Shown here: positions 25,067 through 36,469 of the stretch, piece after piece
Layout: the number at the start of each line of letters is the position of its first letter
Position numbering within the stretch: position 1 is the stretch's first letter
NCBI GenBank assembly: GCA_051294905.1
Contig: CM119372.1
Coordinates: forward strand, 25,732,001-25,796,000
Direction of reading: 5' to 3'
Source: Botryllus schlosseri
Taxonomy: Eukaryota
Length of the DNA stretch: 64,000 nt
Program-made: the position numbers and the translations under genes
The notes under the pieces: generated by a model
What the model was told of the DNA's origin: nothing
The model's database searches: none
The model's input: the letters and a program-made list of their open reading frames with translations, nothing else

Positions 25067-25640
25067 GGTGCAACAGTAGCTTTCGATCAATACCAGATTC
25101 AATACCTTCTGCGCTCGGGAAGATAGCTTTTGGATTGCCAGAAATCCTACAGTCGCTTACGCAAAACAATTCTTCACTCCAGCCTCAGCGAAGCGGAACG
25201 AAGCTGCAAAATCGGTCATTGCCGTTCCATGTTTAATTTCTATAATGCTATTCTCAAATCCACATTGTCTTCGTCATTATCGGCGAGAAATGGCTTTGAA
25301 GCGACATTGCTGTCGTTAAAATACATTCATTAAATACGATTTATTCCTTGCAGATGTGGATAAATGGGCGAATAATGTATCGATCCAGCAATCCGGCCCG
25401 CAAAGTACTTAATTTTCCTATATCCGGCCCGCCGACTGGAGAAGTTGCCCGCACCTGATGTATAGGCTACTACGCTTACTATTATGTAGTTTGATTCCTA
25501 TTCCAGCGCAAAGCAAAAGAGTAAACATTTTGACACCATTTACTGTGGTCCGACCCAGTGGCGTAGCAGCCACCTGGCGGTTCTGGCTCTGCGCCAGGGG
25601 CGGCAGGCTCCAAGGGGGCGGCAAAATGAGGCTGCACAGT

Positions 25641-25870
25641 GAGAGAGATGCCTGCATCATCGTGATGGTTTGAAGACGGAGATGCGATAAGGACTTTATA
25701 GTAAGGTCATCTAGTCTGCACCCCGTTTTTTTTCTCCTCCGTGATTGCTGGGCGTCTAGCGGGATAACCGCGGATACCAGTTTTCGAGTCTTCGGTCTGA
25801 CCCGGCCGGGGATCGGGCCCACAACCTACCGATCAAGAATCCGGACGCATCACCATTACACTATCTCGCG
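25641..25870 (-). mobile_element. tRNA-derived SINE
   Basis: A-box TAGTGTAATGG, degenerate B-box; homologous to 60863-61115 and 40283-40430. Confidence 0.8.
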
Positions 25871-26413
25871 CGGCGTGTAGACAGCCGGCTAAAAGAAGAG
25901 TGCTTGGTAGTCCTATAGCTGGCGTCCCGTCAGCTGAAATTTAATCAAACAGGTCTCAATCGAAAGCTAGTGTCGCGCTGATTCCGAAAACACGAATTAA
26001 TATGTTAACATGGCGATGGAATCACTCCGAAATAGCCGTCACGGCCGATTGTTCGGAGAGTTCGCAGAAAAAGGAGAATGTCTGGCGAACAAACAGAAGA
26101 TGCTGGCCTCAGTGTTGTTGAAGAATTTAGACGATGCATGTTTCAAGCATAGGACAGATTTAAACTTGAAGCTGAAACTAGGTTTACCGGCATTCACCAC
26201 TTAAATGATATATTTGGATTTTTGAATTCCCACGCGCTGCTGCAAAGCGAAAGTCACAATTTATTCACCAGCGCTTTTAGAAGCACTTATGACGACGAGG
26301 TGGACTTTTTGGAGTTAGCTGCGAAAATTGTCATGCCTTATACCTCGAATTAGAGATTATATAAAGCAGAAGATTGCTAGCTTTTCGTACAAACCAATAT
26401 GAGGCCTCTAGGA

Positions 26414-26733
26414 CAGGGGTTCTCAACCTGGGGGGCGCGCCTCCGTTGGGGGGGGGCGTGAAAGCATCTTAAGGGGGCGCGAAGAATCGGTAAAATGATT
26501 TTTTTTCGCGCTATGCGCGATTTACCTGCAATTCACGCGTGTTTCTCTATATATAGACCCAGTTTCTTATTTTTGAATTCTCTCATCAACAGTCATAACC
26601 TTCCATGCCATCAAACAATCTGTTAGGGTTGCTAGCATATCCCGGTTGGAGCTTGTAATATGACGATACGAGGGCGCGGAATTTTTCACTATCCTAAAGG
26701 GGGGCGTGTCTAAAAAAAAGTTGCGAACCACTG
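26414..26733. mobile_element. hAT (Charlie-type) MITE nested in 25556-27348
   Basis: CAGGGGTTCTCAAC / GTTGCGAACCACTG; perfect TSD CTCTAGGA. Confidence 0.9.
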
Positions 26734-26809
26734 CTCTAGGACGAACACAAATTAAGTTATAATCATATGAAGTTGTTCAACTTGAGATTTTAACAGGGTT
26801 AAGAGGCTG

Positions 26810-27120
26810 GTGCGGAGCAGTGAAACCACGTTTGATCGTAGTGCAACAACGTTTGATGTTTTACAGTGGTTGTTTAATGCAAAGCTACTTGATTCGACAC
26901 CGTATTTATGCTCGTGTCTGAAACTTTATCTGAACATTGGTGTTTCAACTGCGAGCTGTGTGAGGAGCTTCTCAAAGCTCAAACTGATTAAGTCTTATAT
27001 ATTTAGTTCTATCATGAATAATGATCGGATATCAGCTCCATCCATTCTGTCTATAGAAAGAGACTATGTTCAAAAACTTGAATTTGAGGATATTATCGCT
27101 GCTTTTGCTTTGAGGCGGCC
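26810..27120 (+). pseudogene. hAT transposase C-terminal dimerisation domain remnant
   Basis: LKLYLNIGVSTASCVRSFSKLKLIKSY..S.M..DR.S..SILSIERD...LEFEDIIAAFA. Confidence 0.85.
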
Positions 27121-28638
27121 ATGGATTTTCTATTTGTACAATACATTCGTTCGCTATTTCTTGTTTTTATTATTTTTGGCGTCATTAACGTCGAGACGGT
27201 GAGGCTGAGAAGCGACATATTATTTGTAATTATTCCTATTGACAAGATTACTTGAACATCAATCTATGTCGAAATTTGATGCGGTCTACCTAGGGGGGCG
27301 GCATTTTCAAGAGAGCCAGGGGCGGCAGCACATGCTGCTACGCCAGTGGTCCGACCCCCAGGCAATCAAAGGTTTGAATCCGGCCCGCGTACCAGGTTGA
27401 GTTTGCCACCGCTGGATTAGACTCTACTATATATCTGCCTCCCCTGACCTCACGTTCCTGTGCCAACCGAGTTCGCCGTAAGGTCGTCTTGATGCCACTC
27501 TGAAATGCGAGGACCCATGATGGCATACGTGGGTGGAGCCAAACATGGTCACTATACATTAGTATACATACCCATTTGTGATGCGTCAGTGGCGTGGGGT
27601 CAGGGGAGGCAAGTGAGGCAGTGCTGTCTCACCTGTCTACTAGATTTTGAACATTTTTACTACCAAAATCACGCAATTTGCCAATTTATTGTTAGAAAAT
27701 AAAGTTCGAAACAGAGGTTAAGGCATTGTGATAGCGCAATTCATCGTAAATATCATAGAATGTGTAGTAACTGATATTATTTGAACGTAATTGTCGCACT
27801 GATTCTGATTCGGCTTCTCAATTCTCAAAGTATTTAGCGGTAACATTTCCGCAACACGCCTACATTTTAACAGCGACTACAAAGCTACGTTATCAATCAA
27901 GAACGTGGACAGCTATGGGCCCTATGGCGTTGTTTGTAATTTGAATTTTTAATTGTGAATGTCACTTCCACGGCAGTATATTTCTCGCCGGAGATCAGAA
28001 AGACAATGTATATTTGCAACATTGTAAACAGGTGCCGCCTTGTCTCCTAGTCTCTATGATCAATGAATGCATCGTGCAATTCAAGACTTCGTACCGGCTA
28101 CATCGAATTCGCGAGTGATATTGGTCGCCGGCGAAGGCGAACGCGACAGCAACTTAAATTTGAGGATTTTGAAAAGGAGGTCCGAGCTCCTAATTCTCAA
28201 TACGTCACTGTATTAACCTCTCAAAGACATGTTTATACTGCCACAAGAATAATTATACTGCTCGTGCTGAAGATTTATTAACAAGTTGCTGTAGGCTAAT
28301 ATTGATAACTTAAGTACAAAAATAACAATTTCGCAAAGAGCCTATCTTCTGCCTAAAAGAGCCATATATGGCTCGCGAGCCATGGGTTCCCGACCACTGT
28401 CCAAGGTTTCACGTATCGCCGATATTAGCAGTTATACTTTCAATAGACTCAGTTATGGTCGGCAAGTCACTTGCGGTAAATTTACAAAACTTTGTTTTAA
28501 GTTAGGCCTGAAAGGGTTTTGAAATTAACAGACTGTTATTGCTACATCATCCTAAGTAATAATTTACACAAATGTTACGTTGCAATTAGAATAGAACTAG
28601 TAAATACGATTATTACCGACCTGCATTATACTTTACAA

Positions 28639-29153
28639 CAGGGGCGGGCAACTTCTCCGGTCGGCGGGCCGGACATGGGAAAATGAAGTAGGCCTACTTG
28701 GCGGGCCGGATGACAGAATATATAAATCTCGTATTTATCCACTCATGCAGGGAATATCTCGTATTTAATGTAAATTTCAAGTTTAAAGCATAGAGACCAA
28801 AAACAGTATTTAATGAACTTATCCATAATAGCTGTTGAAGTCAATCAGACATCTGTGGTCGATCGAACTTGTCAACAAGTTCTTCGAACTCTGGCTGCTT
28901 GTCGTATGTAGAAACCCTTAGTAAAGACTGCACGTGAACATCAGTCGTAATGTTCATGGTCGAAAATGTACGTAGAACCTAACAGAGCAGAGCAAGTAGT
29001 TTCATGGCCATCTTTCTCAGGTTGGCAAACATGGATTCATTCTGTGACGCATAAACTTTGTCAATACCTTGAGAATAAAATTTCTCTTTCAGGGTAGAAA
29101 CTCTCTGCGGGCCGATCAAAATCCCTTCGCGGGCCGGATCCGGCTCATCCCTG
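28639..29153. mobile_element. hAT (Charlie/Buster-type) MITE with minus-strand transposase C-terminal remnant
   Basis: CAGGGGCGGGCAAC start, ...CATCCCTG end, perfect TSD CTTTACAA; remnant FANLRKMAMKLL..GSTY..TDVHVQSLLRVST; related pieces near 25330-25457, 56240-56774 and 63134. Confidence 0.85.
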
Positions 29154-29559
29154 CTTTACAACTTATTCGGCGCTATTCCATGTCGTTCTCTGAAATGCTT
29201 GAGACTCAAAATATTCATTTGGTGCCGGGAGCCGCGAACGATTTATCCCTCTGATTAAGTGCCACAAGAGTAAAAAGTTACCGCAGGCTAAAATCCCAAT
29301 TAGCTGACGTCTTTTGGACAAAACTTGGCCTTACAGGTAGCACAGGCTGCAAGACTCTTCCTCAAACCGAAATAATGTCCGCAGGTTAAATAGACCATCC
29401 GAGCCTCCGCATTAACAGCTTGGTGCTCTGTCATTTCGAATGGAACGATCTTCAGAGCCCAAATTGCCCAGTAATAAGTTTATATATACCAATCTGATGA
29501 GTGCTGACTGATGATGCTATCGCCAAACCGGAAAATCACTGCACATAAGACTACAATAC

Positions 29560-32500
29560 ATTTGTAAGTTTTTATTGCTATCCAAGAAAACGCTATCACG
29601 CGCATCAACGTAAAAACACCAAAACAAAATGCATTCGAAATTACCGCGGTTGGCCCGATACTCGCAGAAAAATATACACGAAATCAGGCTGTTAAGCTAC
29701 CAAATATAGAACATATCACTTGGGTTCCTGATGAAATCAACGTTCGCCAGCCACAGCCTCAGTCTATCAATTGCTGTACCGGAGGCATAGAAGCGATTTG
29801 CGCGAATGAATATCGGGAATAGAACATTTTATAAGTAAGAATCTAATGTTTAACTCGCAGGATTATATCAAAAACAACCACCCCGGACTAAATTATAATC
29901 ATGTGGAGTGAAGATTTATACACGCTGGAATCGTAATGCGCACATCGATGATAGATCGTTACATCGTTAATATAGGGAAGCAGCTAATCGCAAACCAACA
30001 GAGCAAATAGTGGAGGTCTACCAGGCCAGGCCGTTAGTATCGTTCCGTAATCGTACACATTTGAGACAGAATTAATCACTCAGTATCATCTACGGATATG
30101 GAAGTTTTGACCTGATATAGTCAATGGCTGGTGATCTCATTTTTAAAACCCCCATATAATAAAGGAGCTGGACGTATTTGGGCAAGCCCAGGAAATCGTT
30201 ACTTGTACGTGAGTGGGAAATTATACGTTAGTGCTACTTGAGTAACGCCTACTTTTATCAGCGGCTCAGTCGATAACGTGGCCTTACATTTGTTAGCGAG
30301 CCAGCAAGTTTCTTCATTCCTATAATGCAGCAATTCTCAGTATTGACTGAGGATAGGTCGAGGTAATGGGATCTTACGTGATTGTGGGATGACAGCGTCG
30401 GGGCCTCCACTGCCGCCGCTTTCCGCATCACAGCATGCATTGTATCTAATTTATATTCCGTCGCAAGCGAGATGTTGCGATCAAGATATTAAACGCTACA
30501 ATATTGATTAATTGACACGTGCACCAAGACATCTCTAGTTCAACGGAGCGCTGACCCGGTTATACTGACCCAGTACACCTATACCCGCGTCGATTGGATT
30601 AGTTCCATTTCACATCTGAGCGGAAGAGGTTGTTCAGTTCTGCACCGTTCATTGGAGTTCAAATATTCGCGCTTACATGAACAGCGTTTGATTCAATTAT
30701 CGCTAACAAACAAGTGGCATTGGATCACGAAATATTCCATAATCAGCAATAAATTGTCGAATGAGTCTCTCAAATTTCACCATCGAATCTCATGGAGATC
30801 CCACAACAAAAACAATATATATAGAGAGGCGTCATTCACGCGAAGCTGTTAACAGCATAGCATCAGTGCTTACAAAACCCTTCTTGGTCTCGAACGAACA
30901 ATATAGATATCTAGAAGATAACGGCGGGTGAGGGGCTGATAAATCGAGAGGAATGTTTCCGTGTTGCTATGTCAACCAGCACAACATAATTTGCTAGTTG
31001 AAAATCGCGATTGTCCACGGCGAAAAATAATCATGAAACGTTAAGTCCAGTTGAACTAGGATTGAAAGTCGACCGACAAATTTGCAACCACATAGGCGGG
31101 ATCATCTACTAGTGCAAGGTAATAAAGGAAGTCGTAAATAGAAAAAATGCGATAAGAAAAATTGGAGCGAAGAAAATTGCATGAAATGCAACCTACCGTG
31201 AACAAACACAAAGTAATGATTAGTTAGTTCATATTATAGATTAGATCCAAAGTTGAAATAGCATTCAAGAGAAATCGTAACGAACGGTTCCAGACGGATT
31301 CGAGAACTTGTCGACAAATTCGTCAGTCTTCGCATTAGTAACTCCGCACACAAGCTGGACGTTACCGATGGGCAACGATCGTTTCTAGCCTAGCAGTTCC
31401 GATCGCGGCCAGGAAAATATAATGCTCTACAGATCGGTATGTAGCATCGAGTAAGCTTATGTTTCTAAAACGTTGAAAAATAATATCAACCCCGGGCATA
31501 AACGATGCGACTAAGACCCGATATTACTTCAATTTTACACACAATGAACGACGAATTGCATTCGGTAACTAACGGTGAGACTTAAGTGGGACGAATCGGT
31601 TAACAAGAGCGGACATATAGCTATAAATTTATTACCAGAGAGGTGCGGAACGCTAGAATAGTGCGTGTTACGAAAGCAGGAAATCTATCAGTAAAAAAAA
31701 TGTATCAATAACATTCCCACAGGTTGATCAGAGATAGCTATTCAAGTAGGGATGTTTGCACTCCCGGGAGCTTCAGCCGTGACATCGCGGGGACATGATG
31801 TAAACCAGGTCTATACACGCACTTTGGTCAGCAGGCGATAACGTGCTAAAGACAGCAAGAAGTGACTGCGCTTGATATGCTAGAAGGGGTACGCTATTGA
31901 CAGTGGCATGCATGATATAGTTTAGGAGGGTCATGGGTGAACGATATTTTACTGATGTAACACAAAAACTTGAATTATATCGAAAAATTCCGAAGCGGTA
32001 ACCCGTCCAGGTTAAGCTGGCATAATACAACATGCATATTTGATAACAATTGTTGATGAATCGACTGGACAGGCATACACGGCAGATGCCACTGTTGAAG
32101 GTCGTTTTAAATGTTATTTTGTCTCCACATGAACAATGATATCACCCTCAAACTCCAAAGAGCTTTCTCATATTAGATTTTTCCAAGCCTTACATGATGT
32201 CGACCACAGAGGAGTTGTTGTTAAATTAAACATATACCAGCGCATCAACAGAACTGCTTTGAAGTCAGAAGGGGGACTAAAAGGAAAGGTGCCCGACTGA
32301 TTGGAAAATTATCTTCGCCATTCCTATCACACCATACATTGTATCTTTCAAATAGTTTATGAGTGAATGCCCGCGATGGTACGCAGGACACAAGTCACAA
32401 ATTACGAGACCGATTGGCGGACAGAATCGTGCCAAGATTGCTACAGTGATTGAATTTCGCATTTCTTCAGTAACGCTCACACGATTTGAGAAAGATAGAT

Positions 32501-32977
32501 CGTAAAACAGCAGCTTGCATCTTCGACAGACCATCATCAAATTGTTACCGCGGACTAAGACAGCCACTACCGTGGTTATATATTACAGGTGTCTCAGACC
32601 ATTAATACGATGCCAGCAGTCGATGCAAATATCAATAAACGGTGCCCGAAAGAAGAACAAGTTTAAGCAACATACTGGCGCCGGCTTCGATCATTAGTAC
32701 AGCACAGATTGGATCCAGCAAAGGCATCTTGCTACAAACCCACGTAAAATGAAATGCGTTGGTCTCATCCCGTCGTACGATTTCCAAACACGTAATTATA
32801 TAACGCTAACGTATCTTTAATAGGTCGCTGTATTGTGGGAGAGGCGGAAGAGGTCGCTGTGTTTTCGCCGGTACAGTATCGAGATTTGTTAATTAGAAAA
32901 CTCTTTTCGAGTTGAAAGATTGAGAATGTCATTTCTATCTTTGGTAGCAACAACGGCAGCCGCTTCCCTCCGACTTT
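29560..32977 (-). other. probable long 3' UTR of Crk
   Basis: ~3.4 kb without recognisable TE termini directly after the Crk stop; minus-strand AATAAA at 31628-31633 and 29571-29576, the latter followed by GT-rich sequence. Confidence 0.45.
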
Positions 32978-33103
32978 TCAATTTCTCTCCGCATTGTCAA
33001 TGATGTCGACATGCGTGAAGGGGAAAGTACCCGAGCGATTACCAATCCTGCCTTCCCACTGGCCGTTCTTGTTCATCTTCGTGACTAAAATCACGTCACC
33101 GAC
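32978..33103 (-). CDS. CRK: Crk/CrkL adaptor, coding exon 4 (C-terminal SH3, stop)
   Basis: TTTTCAG acceptor; VGDVILVTKMNKNGQWEGRIGNRSGTFPFTHVDIIDNAERN*. Confidence 0.95.
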   Translation of the reverse strand, partial: VGDVILVTKMNKNGQWEGRIGNRSGTFPFTHVDIIDNAERN

Positions 33104-34766
33104 CTGAAAAAGAAAATGTCGGTGAGAATTGTCAACACCAGTCCACAGCTGGCGAATCCAGTCAACGACATTGCGCGGGCTGTAAAATTGAGAAAACGCT
33201 GTTGAAGTTGTCTGAAAGTTTTTGGCACGATCAGTACAGTTAGGCCTGCATAGGACAGTCTTGACCTAAAAACTACATGTCAAATTCGCACGAAACGGTG
33301 CACATTCACACAGCACACTCATGATCAACAAAAGAAAAGCAGGTATCCATACACGGTTGGCATTTGGCTGGTTCTGCAAGAAAATTTGGGTGGCTCACCG
33401 GTTGAAAGCAGATTTCGGCCGACGAGAAGTCATGAATGTGACACAACGAGGTGATTCAGCAGCGAATCAGTGCCAATAAACAGTTGAAGATTACGGAAAA
33501 AGGCGGATGTTCGACACATTATGTACTAGTACTATGAATCCAAAATTGACCCAGCAATGAGCCCTGGCTAATATGCATCGCATACATGTAGCAATCGAGC
33601 CTGCATACAATCATAAATAACTTGGGCAAATTTTCAAATTGATAAATATATTGAAAAGCAAAAGCTTTCAGTACTTTTCAAGCTTGCCCAATGCCCAATG
33701 CCCATACTTATCGACCCTTCCCTCACATACTGCTTCGTTGGTAGATTAAATTGTAAATCACAAAAAGTACACATACCGCGGCTATATTGCACAAGGGCAC
33801 AATTGCACTTGGCGCCATTTTCACAAACGCTACTGATGATGGGAACCAACACAACTTCTGTGACACCCCGCTTCGTCGTGCAAGAATGCTACGTTCTAAC
33901 AACAACGTCCACAGCAGAAACTCAATTCTATTTCAAGTAGCAGGACTGAACAGTGGAATACCACGAGTCTTAATAGCTACACATGCAGTGCAACACTAAT
34001 AATTGCACTACGACTGGTAATCAGGCAGTGAGAAGAGCTGACCTGAAGTGATGATCTTCCCAAATTCTGCGGTTTGGAGCACACGCAACCAGTCAGAAAT
34101 AATTTAGGGGTCGGCAGTAACCCAAAAAAATGGCACTGTACTGCTGCTAGCCAAACACAGTGAGGTAGGAACAACATACAACCTGAAACGGCAGGCTATC
34201 GCTAGACTCGTGGCCAGTTTTCGGTTTGATTTGGACATTATGACAATTCAGATATGTTTCAACGACATCACCCCATTATTGAAAAATTGCCCCTCCCCAA
34301 ATGATCCGGCCCGCTAAATGCTTTATTCAGGCATATCAGGCTGGAGAAGTTAGCCATTACTAGTTCACGTGAGCAGTGCATTCCATAATCAAATATTTGA
34401 GGAGAGAAAAGGAACCCTGTTATTCAAATATTCCATTTCGAAACGGTGCACCAAGTAGGCCAAAGTAGTGACGTAAACAATGCGGCTCTCGCATGCGAGA
34501 AATTTGAAGCATTGTGAAACTTGAAGGAACTCGTAGGCTGCTATTCCATTGAGCTTATTGTATTATATGGCAGTACATACCGTTTTTCGGAGTCCCCGTT
34601 TAATAGCTTGGATAATAACCAGAAAATTTAAAATCGACATTCATGCAATAGCGGCAGATCATTGTTCCTAACCAAAATTATGTTTCGAAGTCTCACCGCA
34701 GTCGATTTCACATTTCAAAATGATAATTTTCTGTCGAATGGTTACGGAAGCATCCGAAGTAGCATA

Positions 34767-36469
34767 CCGTAACACGGGGTGACTTTAGCATTGCCGGGTG
34801 ACTTTGGCCGAAAACCAATATTGGTTTCTATTGCACACATCGAACAATATATCAATGTATGAGTACTTTGAGCTATTGTTTAGGAACAATCTTCATCAAT
34901 AGAGTGCTATTATTGCAAATTTCATGTTTGATACATCACTTTTACATGTTCGCAGCCATTTTTAAATTGACAGGTATGGTAAGAAATTTCACCACACTTT
35001 TTACGTACTCAAACTTTTGTTTGGTTTACATGCAAAGTAGGTGTTTGAGGCAATTTCCTTTCATTTGCAGACAAAGGCTATGTACCTGACAGCATTTATT
35101 GTTTTTTTTGAGCGAAACTACAGTTCATTATTTCAAGATTGTCAAAATCCTGTGGCTGATCATCTTTTTAAATTTTTTACAATTTATGGGGTGACTTTGG
35201 CCAGCTATTTAGAGTCAGCTAAAATGGGTATTTTTTGCATCAAGATTATTCTTAGTATCTGTATCTTCTACATAATTAAATGCCAGAGAAATATAGAAGA
35301 AAGCTTGGTGCCAGTAGTTATAAAGACTACACCGCAGATGAGATCCAAGCGGCACTAAGAATAATCGAGGAAGGAATGGGCGAAAGATCTGTGAGTGAAA
35401 TAACTGGTATTTCGAGAGGGATTTTACAGAATATAAGGATAGTAGAGCATCCGAAATCACCGGGAGGCCAGCCCGTTTCATCACCAGATTTGGAGAAGAA
35501 AATAGCAGACCATTGTATGGCGCAGGCAGATTATGGATTTCCTGTAGACGAATTTTGTCTTAGGAAAAGTATCTCGGGAGAGGAGGTTGCGAGGATAATT
35601 GCCATACAAGAGGAGAAGGCTTCAAAACAGAGGAAAAATGGTGACCAACCATCAACATCCCAACAAAAAAAGAGTTGAATCAGTCACAAGCAACTCAACA
35701 TGAAAGTGATGACGATTCTTCAGAAGCAGAAAATTTCCAGGAAGAGTTATGTGATGAAACAGTTGACGTGGGAGCATTAGAGAAGGAGTTGAGAGCAAAA
35801 CCAAAAGCTGGCCAGTATGTAATAATTGAGTATGAGGGAGAATTATTTCCAGGTGATGTGGAGAGTACAGAACAGCATGGTGCAGAAGTCAGTGTTATGC
35901 AAAAATCGGGAAGCAATAGGAAATGGCCAATTCAAAAAGATCAGATATTCTATTATTGGAAAGATATTAAACAGATAATCTCCGGCCCGGACTTACTGAA
36001 TGCTCGTGGAATCTACAAAGTGAATGAACTTGAAGGGCATTGGCATTGAACTACTTTTTGTCATTGATTTGTTTAATTTTGTTCATTTTTTTTTAAAGAT
36101 TTTTGTGGTTTTGCGTTGAATAAAAGTTTGAAAAGTCACCATTGGATGGATACTTCTTTTTAAAAGACTGTAGATGGCCAAAGTCAACTTCTCAGCTTGT
36201 GTCATTGGCATATATGACTGCTAGATGTCCTGAAAGTACAAAAAATGGTGCTCGGCTAAAGACACCCCATTGTCGGGTGACTTTGGCCACCACAGAAAAA
36301 TTGAAAAAAAATGATCGAAAACGTGACAATAATTTTCTTTTACACGTTTAATCCATAGATCTAACCCTTCCGCCCATAACAAAGTTGAAGAAGGCAGAAA
36401 ATCATAACATATCATAAAATAATTTAACATTGAATGTGAAAAGTGGTACAAAGTCACCCCGTGTTACGG
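34767..36469 (+). mobile_element. pogo/Tigger-like (Tc1-mariner superfamily) element, internally deleted, in Crk intron 3
   Basis: 20-bp TIR CCGTAACACGGGGTGACTTT; TA TSD; subterminal GGGTGACTTTGGCC repeats. Confidence 0.92.
35280..36049 (+). pseudogene. pogo-type transposase remnant: HTH_psq plus start of CENP-B-type HTH joined to the C-terminal region; DDE domain absent
   Basis: YTADEIQAALRII..GMGERSVSEITGISRGILQN, PGGQPV...LEKKIADH..QADYGFP, then frameshifted GQYVIIEYEGELFPG...WPIQKDQIFY. Confidence 0.85.

Larger units (their letters stand above)
21467..25243. mobile_element. foldback element with ~260-bp arms and 9-bp TSD (Mutator-like TSD length); right arm split by 21872-25066
   Basis: left arm ~21467-21725 is the reverse complement of ~21772-21871 plus 25067-25243; AATGCTATT flanks both ends. 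Confidence 0.85.
20923..25457. mobile_element. hAT (Charlie-type) element, outer shell of a nested cluster
   Basis: CAGGGGCGGGCAAC / GTTGCCCGCACCTG TIRs; TSD ATGTGTAG / ATGTATAG (7/8). Confidence 0.75.
25556..27348 (+). mobile_element. hAT (Tip100/ZMYM-like) deleted element
   Basis: TIR CAGTGGCGTAGCAGC / GCTGCTACGCCAGTG; perfect TSD GTCCGACC; contains a transposase C-terminal remnant. Confidence 0.88.

Noticed and set aside
21377..25333. Paired short ORFs (MDCQKSYSR..., ...SALGKIAFGLPEIL...)
   Set aside because: Artefacts of the two arms of the foldback element
33977..34183. Extra Crk exon after a TTTCAG acceptor
   Set aside because: Stop codon in the required phase-0 frame; exons 3 and 4 already join into a complete SH3
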